DNA from: Trichosphaerium sp. ATCC 40318
Lineage: Eukaryota; Protista; Tubulinea
DNA length: 64,000 bases
Reading direction: 5' to 3'
NCBI GenBank assembly: GCA_038496445.1
Contig: JALMLS010000540.1
Location: 124,001 to 188,000 of the forward strand
How positions within the stretch are numbered: position 1 is the stretch's first letter; each line of letters begins with the position of its first letter. The translations under genes and the position numbers were made by a program. A model generated the notes under the pieces. That model ran no database searches, was not told the origin of the DNA, and was given only the letters and a program-made list of their open reading frames with translations. Of this stretch, positions 27,093-38,600 are shown in pieces.

Positions 27093-28740
27093 ATGTGTTC
27101 CAAAATCGCGACAGCTATATTGGTTGGGTTGCTCGCAGTCTTTATAGTGTTCTTTTATACACCAAGCCCTATTGCGTTTCCTGAGGTTAACACGCTTCCA
27201 TCCAATGAACAATTTAGTGGTTTAGCTAAAAACCGCAGTACGCAAATACGTTTTAGGTTTCGAAAATTTTACGTTGCGTGAAATAGAGTTGGATAACGCC
27301 ACGCGGCTTTTCCAGGGAGAAATTAACGGACCTGAGTCGTTTGTGACGGCACCAAACGGAGACGTGTACACAGGCCTCGCTGATGGTCGCATTATTAAAT
27401 TTCTGTACGCAATTACGCTGTAGAGTGGTCATTGACATTTTACCGACCGTACAGAGCAAAATCGTCAATGACCGAATACACAACGTTTATTAGGACTGGT
27501 AAATACCACAAGGTACTTTTTCTGAGCGTGTCAAGCAATAATCTTCGGTAGGATTGCGGACAACGACAAGTTGAACACAGTACGTTTTCGCGTTTGCCTG
27601 TACTGTCATTGCCATTGACGCTCGTAAAGTATGTGGTAGAGCGCTAGGTATGCGCATGCATAGTGATGGATCGTTATACGTTTGTGACGGCTACTATGGT
27701 TTGCTTCACGTGACACCTGATAAAAAAATTACAAAACTTGTTGACAGCTTTGAGGGTGTCAAGTTTAAGTAATATTACCTTCTGTGCAACTGCATACTTA
27801 CGCTAATAGATTTTTGAATGATCTTGATATTTCAAGCCAAGACATCATTTACTTTACTGACTCCAGTGGTGAGTGGTTATTTTTTGTTGTTGGCATTGAA
27901 TTAAAACTGTGTATATCTTACTTTCTTACCAGCTGATTTCGAGAGGAGGAACGTTATGCACGAAGTACTTCAGGTGCGTAATTATTACGTACTTAAGAGG
28001 TTATGAGATAACATGATTTTATTGGCAGGGTGCACCAAGTGGAAGTCTATATAAATACGACATTAAAACGAAAAACACTGAAAAATTGCTTGATGGATTA
28101 TATTTTGCAAATGGCGTACAGTTATCGACCAACGAAGAATTCCTACTTGTTGTTGGTATGGCATACTTGTAGTTACAAAAGAAACGTTGCATTAGAATAC
28201 TAACTCACGTGATAGAAAACACGAAGCTCCGAGTACTCAAGTATCATCTACAAGGTAGTCTATATTGTAATGTCACATGATTTTTCTGAAAGCTATTGTA
28301 GGTCCTCAAGTAGGAAAAACAGAAGTTTTTACAGAGATGCCTGGCAGCCCAGATAATATTCGCTTCGATAAAAAGGTAGGTTGCGATAACCTTTCGTTGG
28401 TGCGTGCTAAATTGCTCAGCGCGGAGTTTATTGGGTTGGTATATCAACTCCACGCTCAGGTTTGATTGAGTTCTTGGCCAACAACCCTATCGTCCGTTAC
28501 CATCTAGCAAAACTACCTCAATGGGTTCTTTTGGCTGTAGCAAAACCGGGAATGGCTGTTGCTATAAGCGAAGAAGGCAACATCGTTGATACGTTGCAGG
28601 TAAATGATTTTGAGGTTTTTTATTATCTGCTCACTTTATTGAAGGGAGTGAAGTTTATTAGCGAGATTCATCGACATGAAGACTATTTACTAATGGGTAG
28701 TTTCATAAATCCTTTTATCTTACAATACAAAGACGCTTAG
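27093..28740 (+). CDS. Strictosidine synthase-like / APMAP-like beta-propeller membrane protein
   Basis: N-terminal TM segment, GPESF...VYTGLADGRI, CGRALGMR, FLNDLDI...IYFTDSS, GLYFANGVQLS, MPGSPDNIRFD. Confidence 0.9.
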
Positions 28741-29253
28741 AAAAGTAAATATCTGGTTTGAGAAGCAGTATTCGGGTTGATTGTAGAAGTTATGAGGTTA
28801 AAAACAATAAAAATATGGTACCTCTCATTAACCATCTCCTTGGACACTACACTGTCTTCGTGGAGTATTAACCAAGTTTACTCTTCCCGAAAGCGTAGTC
28901 ACTCAATACCGAAATAGCACGAGCAGTACGTAAGTAGTGTGCGACAACTCGAATGCTCTACACTTGTTGGATTTTTTCACGCAGCTGCACCCTCCGACTT
29001 CACGCTCTTAAACTTGGTGCATACGCATGCGTGTGCTGTCTTTACGATGAGGCAGTTTACCGCCAATTTTATCGCGTTGACAACTTTCTTTCTATTAATT
29101 TTCGCGAAATGACTTTGGTTCAACAAACACTTTTACTTCATTATTCGGCAATTTAAACACGAACAACAACACATCATATAACAATGACTAAATAAATCTG
29201 GTGCTCGCACCCCCTCAACTTAGTAACAATGCCAACAAACGCTACTGAACGAA

Positions 29254-30127
29254 ATGGAACTTACAAAATACGAAAAAGAACGACAGGCTAAGATTGAGCG
29301 TAATAAGCTCTTTCTTGACCAGCTTGGCCTTGCTAAGTACGTTTTAAAAATAAGTTTGATTTTCAATGAAAACCATTACCAAACTGCACAAATTGTCGTT
29401 TTTTACCGTAAAGCGTTAACAATAAACTAACCTATAACACCAGGGCTAACAAAACCTTCACAAAGCCAAAACCAATCACCAAACGAAAGAAAAAACAACA
29501 AGTCGTAGTAACAACGCGACGTAAGTCTGCTCGCCTCCAAAGCAAGGTACGAATAAGTTCTCAGCCACGCCATGTTTCTTTTTTCGCGCCTTCAAAAATT
29601 AACGCTTTCCAATAGCCAATGCCTTGCTTCACGGAAGAGAAGATCTACGTACGACGCAAGCGTACAAGGACTCGAACGACGAAAAAGAAGAAAATTCAAC
29701 CAAAGCTCGAATTCGCTCTTGCTGGTACGTCTCACTCTTAACCTTGTCGCCATACCTCCTTGCAGTTCTTTCATTTCTGACGCTCATTTTAGTTAACTTT
29801 GCTGCTCTTGGGCTTCCTGACTTGACAGACCTCTTAACAAACAACGAAACTGAGGTTGAAGAGCCTGTATTCGGTGCAAAGGATGTCATTTACTACATTG
29901 ATAAAATCCTTGCAAGAAGAACAACTAAAAATGGCAAAGTACAATACCTAGTAAAGTGGGTTGGTTTCGCTAAAAAAGATAACTTGTGGGTCGACGAGGA
30001 GAAGGTTAAACCTTACCCTGAGAAGATCCGTATATTTGAGATGCGTGTAAAAGGTATAAAAGTACCACAAACTACAAACCGTTTCAAAAAAGATTGCGGT
30101 GTAGTCTTGTACACACGTGTTGTTTAA
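29254..30127 (+). CDS. Chromodomain protein with N-terminal YE-x-x-R...IERN helix
   Basis: Exon 1 reads MELTKYEKERQAKIERNKLFLDQLGL, followed by RRKSARLQSK. Chromodomain: YYIDKILARRTTKNGKVQYLVKWVGFAKKDNLWVDEEKV. The 3' end could include a further intron. Confidence 0.8.
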
Positions 30128-30913
30128 ACAAAAAGAAGAAAAAAACCAAACTGTATTTTTAGAACAAATAAATCACTTCCCTTTGTTTTCACTCACAATA
30201 ACTTTCGCGTTTTATAATTATAATTGCTGCTCCTGCTTTCGTCCCTGCACATCACTGTAACTCAAAAATAAGGCCTTCCATGAGGAGATTTAGGGTTTTG
30301 AAATCTCCTTTTTTTTTGTATTGCCATTTTTCGTAATAAATATTTTCGAAGTACTGTCAAGGCAGTAAAGTGAGTCTATCGCGTATACAACTAACTTTCG
30401 TGTTGAAAATAAAAGAGCTGGTACGAAATTTCAAACCTGTTGGTTGTTCTATACGTACTTTGTTCTTCCTCCTTTTTATTCCCAAGTACGCCACCGAAGT
30501 TCTTTACACTCCATAAACACAATTCCACAACCCCGTAGCGAACGATCTTGTCACTGTTGAGAACGAGATTTGACTTTTGTCAAGTATTAGCACTGGTACT
30601 ATTAGTACTAAACGAAGCTACGCCTCCATGTTACGAAACCAGGGTGCACGTTTTTATAGTAGTTCTGTTTTTGGCCTTCCTGATCGAAACTTCCGCTCAC
30701 ATTCATCTCCTAGCCGAGATGTAGATGCCTGTACGCTCTATTGGTGTCTATATATCACTACAGCGTCACTTGTCAAAAAATGACACATGTACGGGACTAT
30801 TTGACCTCGTAAATCCTAAAACAATCTTGACAGATATTTCTTAAATCTGGCAGTGCAGTTTTGACAATTAATTGCCATAAAACGAAGAGTCACACAAAGA
30901 AAGCACCTCAAAG

Positions 30914-33900
30914 ATGTTTAGAGGGATAATTAAAATAGCATCATTATTTATATTGACGACATTGCTCTCAACGAGCGTATACAGCGCTCAAATTAATGTG
31001 TTTGTATACAATGATGTTAATAGTAATCTTGTACGAAACTCAGGAGAAGAAGGAGTTGCTGGTGTCGAAGTATGTATCGATGACCGTGTTATTGATGGTA
31101 GATGTGGTTCAAACGAGCGAAGAGAAACCACAGGCACGTTCAGGTCCACGTGGGCCGCTTTTATTTTTGTCTTGTTTTAAAACACTTGGAAACCTGTTTT
31201 GACCTTCTGTTAATTAGACAGCAATGGACAGGCTACTTTTGAAGTAGAAGGAGGACAGAGCTATCCCGTCGTAGTTGTAAGTTTGATTAATTTTTTTTTC
31301 ATGTTTTCTTACAATCACCAGAACTCCGAGAGTACCACAAACTGTAATGAAGCAGTATCAGTTTCTGATGCATTTGATATTACTTTTGCAACTGGATCAG
31401 AATTAGCAAGGCACCCACAATACGTAAGACATAATTCTTAAAAAACTTGTAATTTTTTTCTTGTTTTCTTAACACCTTCCTCAGGAGAAATACTTTGAAG
31501 ATGCCAGGAATAAATTAGAAACAATGATAGTTGGGGATCTACCAGATGTCATGCTAAATGGGATCGCAAGTACGCAGCTCTTTCTTTTTTTCCGAAAAAA
31601 GTGTCACGTGATTTAATTTTTTTTGCTAATCATCATTTCGTAGTTGACGACATTGAAATATCTATCAACCTTGTTGCGATTGGTATGGTTATTTTTCATG
31701 TGATACAATTAACAAAATCATAGATGGTCTTAATGGCGTCATAGCACGTGCTGGTCCTACATATGTCCGCCCCAACACTTATCTTCCAGTACGCTACCTA
31801 TTGTTATGACAAATGCTTACACTGCTAAAGGCCAAAGCTGTTCTGGAGTTCGATATCGAAGATGCAGAGCGGACAATTGAAAATGGTAGCTTCCTTTCTC
31901 TTGTAGAACATTTCATGCTTCGTTGCCTGTACGTTCTCTATACCTTATAATTTTTGTGTAATCTTATCCATGTAACAGCGGGCTTGGAACAACTTGGAGC
32001 CTGAAAGAACTTATCAGAGATGCAGGAACTTCTGACCCAAGATATCTTGGTGTCTCAGGTAACGAAGAATACCGAAAAATATTCGGTGGAACGGATACCA
32101 CGAAGGCCCCTCTTCAAGGAACTGGAGATGATGAGATAAGAGATACTTATTGGGATGAAACCGTTATGCAAAATGAAATAATGACACCATGGATAAGTTC
32201 TGGTGCTAACCCAATAAGTACAATAACATTGGGTGCCTTAAAGGATATTGGGTACATATCGTAAACGATTTTCCAGGACTTTAAAAAACTAACTCTCCTA
32301 CTAAGATATGAAGTTGACTTGTCTGCTGCTGATACTTACGTCCCTTATTTCAAACGCCAGTCAGAAGACGAATCTAGTGATGTTAATCATGATGACGACG
32401 AAGAGTGCAAAACTGTCTCAATGCCACCTCCGTAAGATTTTTGGAATTTGTTTTTGGTTCAAGTGTAAAAGCTAATTTTTTCTTTTAGATTTGTAATGAG
32501 AGATTCAAGTGTATTCGAGAGTTACAAATATGCAGCTCACGCACATATTGGCTCTAAAAGAACACTTCTAGCAGCCCCTTTAACAAATAACTTTGACCAT
32601 ATGCCAGTAGGATCTGGAGCATTCGGTATACAAACAGCAAGAATTGTGGAAGACGATGATGGTAAATACCTTGCTGTTGGAAGAGCACAATCTTTCGAAA
32701 TTTTCCAGCTTTTCCTTGACAAGGATCTGGATATTAACGCAAAGAGAACAATTGCTTCTTTTAACATACGAGCAACAAGCGACTGTAAGTTGTTTTTTTT
32801 TCTATCACATCTGAAACTAACTGTTTACAAGTTTCACTTGTTGGAAGTTTCTTCCGTGTCCACTTGGGTAAAGAGACTGATATTACTTTCACGTTATCAG
32901 TATCCACAGAATTTCAAGTAGCTGTGCGCGGAGCGGCTCTACCTAGTGGTTTCAAATACATTGACGTACAAGAGTTTCAAGAATGGCATCAAGTGGTAAT
33001 TGATCGCGATTTCAATGTAAGAACAAATCGTAACTAGTCACCATAACTTACTTACTTTTTAAGACTGGAACCTTGTACTGTTACATAAATGGTGCTCTTA
33101 TTGGAACAGACGCACAAGCATTAGGACCTATAGATTATGTCGGTTTTAGCTACCAAGCAGGATACGGAGAAATCCATATTGATAATTTCAAGTTCGACAT
33201 TGTTGAAGATCCAAAGGATGGTAAAGCAGTCGTTCTTCATGGAGGTACTTCAACAGACTACCTGATACGTTATTATAATACTCACATGATATTTGTTTAG
33301 ACAACAGTAGAGCTACTTTAGCATTCCCTGTAAAGACTTGCGGACAAATAATTTCGATTACTGAAGCTCCTACAACACCTCCTCCAACAAGCAAACCTCC
33401 AACTGTAGCCCCAACAACCAAGCCTCCAACGGTTGCTCCTACTAGCCCTCCAGTAATGACGACGAAGCCACCTACAAAACCTCCAACAATGATACCAACA
33501 GCACCACCAACGATAAAACCATCGACAACAAGACCACCTTTTACATTCCCTCCAACTGATCCACCAACATCTCGTCCACTCCAAGCCATCAAATACCATG
33601 AAGTCAGATCAATAGTAGGTGAACATTGGACAACATACACTCTACCTTACAACTATGCCAACATGGTACGTTTTCTCAATATATTCTGATAGCAGTCTAC
33701 AGTGTCTGTTGTTCTCTGGCTAATTTATATCAGGTAATTGTTTGTACACCGTCATACACTGAAGGTGCTCCGCGTGTTGTTCGCGTTTATCAAACAGCTG
33801 CAAGTAGAATGAAAGTTAAAGTAGAACTTGCGGGAGCAGGTGGCACAGTACCTGATACTTTTGTACATTGTATAGTTGTAGAGGCTGGTAAATACGACTG

Positions 33901-34633
33901 GGTACGCATTTCAACTCTCATAGCGTTTGGCTTATATTTTTTCAGCAAACTCACGGTATCCAAATGGAAGCTTTAACAATGATTTCAAATAAAACAGCTT
34001 CTGCTGGTGATTGGAAGAACAACAGAGACAGAATCGCTAATACAAGAAGATACTACCAACCGGTTGTATTGGGTCAAGTTATGAGTGCAAATGATAGATG
34101 GAGTGTATTTTGGGCATCCAATTACTTCACAAGAGACAACCCTGATGAATTCGATATTTATGTCGGTAAACATGTTGGAACAGATGTAGATAGATATCGT
34201 CTTCCAGAAATCCTTGGTGTCATTATTATTGATACAGCAAGCGGATTTTTCGAGACACCTCACGGTCATAAATATGCGTATTCTGCTGGAGATACCATTT
34301 TGAGAAAAGTACAAAGTATGGAGACTCATAAGCCGAGTCCTATAACTGTATATGTTCCAAGAACTTCTTTTGATGCTCATGTCATATGTTCTGCTTCAGG
34401 AATTTTCGACGATGACGGAGGGTACGCCTTGTTTCTTAAAGTGTTTGCCTGTTTCTTCATTTTTGTTCAATTGTTCTTATTTTTTTCTTAGTTGGCCAGT
34501 TGTTTATACACGTGGTGATGAAGCACAACAAACATCAGTTCAAATCAATCTTGTTTATGATGAAGATACTTACAAAACAAAAGATAAAGTGCACTTGGCT
34601 GAAAACGTAGCTTACTTTGTTACAGCTGCCTAA
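30914..34633 (+). CDS. Secreted multidomain protein: SdrD-B-like + leishmanolysin(M8)-like pseudo-protease + beta-sandwich + P/T linker + bacterial-type beta-repeat C-terminus
   Basis: Signal peptide. VYNDVNSNLVRNSGEEGVAGVEV is SdrD-B-like. M8-like segments: IVGDLPDV...DDIEI...IDGLNGVIARAGP...FDIED...NEIMTPWISSGANPISTITLGALKDIGYEVD. PT-rich linker, then PVVLGQVMSANDRWSVFW...VGKHVGTD...DEDTYKTKDKVHLAENVAYFV. Confidence 0.85.
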
Positions 34634-35075
34634 AAATTTTCTTTCAAAAAAAAAACGTACTAAAAGCTTGTGAATAATGTAAAATAAATATGCTACAATG
34701 TAAATGTCGTTGTTATCTTGACCTACTGAACCAAGTAAATTATACTCAAGTCTTTGTAGAAGTCCAGGAACTAACGAGCTCGTGCTAGTTCTTTTTTTTT
34801 ATCAATCTAAAAGTGAGCATTGTTAATAAATATGTATGGGACCATGACTGCAAATGCTAATAACCTGTAAACAAACTTGTTCTTTCACATTCTTCTAGTA
34901 TTGAATAGTTTCTTTACAGTCGAAAGGTGTCATTGGAGTGAGTATCAAAAACAAAATATTGCCTGTAACGGTTAACGGTTTATTCTTGTCGTGCACTTAA
35001 TTAAACACCGTGTCATTTTTGTCATGAAATAAGAGCTTCGTGTAACGTAATCTCAGCATCAGAACGAGAGCAAAA

Positions 35076-35416
35076 TTAAGAAGAGAGCTCCATAATAGCA
35101 TCTATAATGTCACCTTTTGCACTTCGCAATGCTGCGATGGCTTGTGCTTTTGTTGCGTTAGCCTTTTACAAAGGTGTCAGATTTATTAATATATTAACGT
35201 TCTAAGCGCACCTGTTGCATTACCATAGTGACTTCGTTGGCGGGATATTCGCTTGAGCCGTTTGTCGCTTGAGTTTCAACGTTTTGTTGCGCTGGTGGAT
35301 TGTAAACAGCATACAGAATGAAGGGCGTACTTGCTCGTACGTTCTGCTTTGTTGTTATCATTTTCTGGTTCATTGGTAGGAGACACGCCAGGAAACCGTA
35401 TATCGAAGGCGTCCAT
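35076..35416 (-). CDS. Small protein consisting mainly of a NAC-alpha-type UBA domain (HYPK/NACA-like)
   Basis: Spliced C-terminus YPANEVTMVMQQ|ANATKAQAIAALRSAKGDIIDAIMELSS* matches the NACA UBA (ANVSRAKAVRAL...DIVNAIMELT). Not in the ORF track. Confidence 0.7.
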
Positions 35417-35671
35417 TATTGTGGAATGTCAGAAGATGTAAATTTCTGTTTTTAGAGCGCAGGCTTTAGCGTCAATGCAAGTTTTTAAATAAAATCGCCA
35501 CAATGGTGCGCACACGCGTTTAATCAATAAATGCGAGTGCATACTCCAGCACGACGCCCAGGTAAGAGGAAAATTTGCTTTAATATTTGAAAAATGACTG
35601 CAGACGTCACGAACCACCTATAGGCTGTTTTTGAACGAAAAATGTTTCTTAAGCACAAAGATTTATTTTAG

Positions 35672-38600
35672 ACTGACAAACTTGTAGATGTGCTTCTAAC
35701 CATTGGAGGCGCAAGATTACCCGCTTTAGTAGCTGGCGCAAACCAAACGACACCAAGCGAGCATGAAAAACCCCGAACGCAACGTTTACCACCTACAGAC
35801 GCTCAGAAGGTACGTCAGTTAATATGAACTGTGTTGACACAAACTGTACTTACGCCATCACAGTTATTTAATGTGACACAAACAGTCAGTGGGGTACGTA
35901 GAGTATTATAATTGCTTTGATGTATTTTTATCACATTGAAAAACACCTTTTAATGGAAAATATTGTTGTCGCACGCTAACCGCGTAACTCGTAGCTTAAA
36001 CACTGGATTCTGCGCGTAACACCTCAACTGAAGAATAAACCTTCAAAATTATCCAAAGATGATATCAACTCCTTAGTAAGAGAGTTTGAGCGATATCAAA
36101 CCCATGAATTGCCTCCAAGGCAAGCTCAAATGTCAAAGATTGACATGACAATGAAATTGAGTCAAGACATTGACGAGGATACATTCGATGTTATTTCCAA
36201 GCTATGGAGGAAGCTAAAGAGGGCAGAAGACGCCAGAGGCATATGGTTACGCAAGTAAGTGAACTTGAAAGGAAATATAATTAGATACATGGTTTCTGTG
36301 TTTAAACTCATTGTTTAGAGTGCAAGACGATATACATAGGATTAAACACCTCAAGGTTGATTTTGAAGCTCTATGCGATGAAATATCGAACTGGATAGCT
36401 AGTAAAAATGATTACATGAGTAGTTTTCAAACAACACTTACAAGCGAACCTACACGGGTAAAAGTTCAAGTTGCGGAGGCGAGAGGATTTGAGAATGATC
36501 GCGCTGAGTATCTTGAGAAGTTTAACAGTGTAGAGAGCATGGCATACCAGTTCACAGACGAGAAAAGCACGGCTAGGTTCCAAGAACTTAAAGAAAACTG
36601 GAAATCACTTAACGATAGTTTCACGACAGTTTTAGCTTCGTTGAATCTTCGAGAACAGCGAGCGTATAATAGCTATAGGCTATATGATGTTTTATATGAT
36701 AGGTTTATTAAATGGAGTGGTGGTGTCTTAGAAGATCTTCATGGAGGTGTATTCGCAGACTTGACTAATCAAGAGACACATATGCTTATGATGCGTAAAA
36801 TGTTGGAGTTAAGATCGAATTGCGTTCAACACTTAACGAGCTTAAAGAAGGCTTGGCATGAAGCTAATAGTAATGCTAGAGAAGGTGAGAAATATAAGTA
36901 TCATATAGATGCTATTAAAGGTACTGGCGAGGAGATATTAGTTGCTTTAAAAGCAGTTGAAAAGAGGTTGATAAACGAGAAACCTAAAGCTGATAATAAT
37001 TTCAATGAATATGTCACTCAGTTTAAAAAGACATTACAAGTTCGTCGTTGTAAAGTTGATGTTATGTTCGAGACACAACAAGATCCTTCTAAGGAGATCA
37101 TTAAATTCTATAACGACGGTAAATCAGAGACTCAGGTTTTGCTACATTTGGATTCTATGCTATCCTCTCCAGGTTCGTTTTTAGGATTTTTTTTTGGATT
37201 TAGTGTTGATGTTGTCTCTTCTTAACTCTTTTTGTAGAAGACAAAACGAAGTTCCAAGACGTTCAAAATGAATGTAACTTGTTTTCAGAGCATGTTGATC
37301 ATGTGCTTAAAGTGCTTCAACAAGAAAAGGATACAGCAGCGCAATACAAGAATGATAGAGATGATTTGCTGCAATGGATTATTGATACTATTCCAAACTT
37401 GAAGCAAGAGATGCCTAGTAGTTTTGATGAAGTTCAAGTGCTCTGTCAACATCTTATAAAGCTTAAAGAGACTTTAAAAGATAAGAGAGATATAAAAATA
37501 CATCTACGACAGAGCTTGAAGCAGCTCATTGAGTTCAAGACAAAACATGGACGACCAAGCTTAATCGATTCAGGTATACCACCCATTAACCTTTTCTCTG
37601 GTGGCCCTTGTTTCCCACTTACCGCCTTAATTTAGATTATTCTTTTGATGCTGTGGCTAGCGCTTGGGATACCCTTATGACTTGCTGGAAGTACGTGAAA
37701 CAAAAAGATGTTATCAACAAGTTTCTGATGTTAACTTTTTTTCTGCAGTGCTTTCGATAGAAAAATTCGAAATACAGTGAAACTCTTTAGTATACCTTCT
37801 GACGAAGAAGAGAATACTATAGATGGAGATGAAGTTAGGCCTCTTGCGTACGTACTGAAGAGAGTCAATGTTGTACAATCTTATTTTTTTTGTTTAGCCT
37901 TGTTCCACCAATGGGTTTTATTGATGATAATATAAAAGAAATACGAAGATCTGAAGTTCTTGTATACGACAAGGTTCGCCGAGGCTAAATTCTTGGCTTT
38001 TTTGGGAAATATTCTTTGTTCCCATTACGTTTTATTGATGGTCATTTTAGGGACTTCCAATGTCGCCAACAAGAGCATTTAGCAGTCCAGAAAAATATAG
38101 CCCTAGGAGACAAAAGAAGAACGCTAATAGTCCAAGAAAAGCTAGTCCACGGAAGGCTAGCCCTAGAAAGTCTAGTCCAAGGAAAGCAAATCCAAAGAGA
38201 ATCAAGCACAAAAAGGGTCGTGGACCTAATCTATCTGATTATGGTATTGATAAGCCATCTACAAACCCTAAGCGTGTTAAGTCTGACAGACGCTTTTCGA
38301 GTCTACGATCCCGTAAAACTAAAGTCAAGGTATCAAAGAGGCGTACAGATGTAGTACCAAGACAGAAACCTGATAAAACGTCCATGAACTCATTGAGAGG
38401 AAAGAGATCGACTATGACTATCACTCCTACTTGGGCTGTTGAAAATCAATCTTTTGCTGCTGAACAAGAGCAAGAGTGGAAGCCATCAAAGAGGCATAGC
38501 GAAAGACCTAAGCGCGATCTTCCTAAGGATGATGTGCGGCAAGCAAAGGCTCAAAAAAGAGCTAGTTCTTTGAGGAAGAGAAACTGGAAGCGTAATTCTA

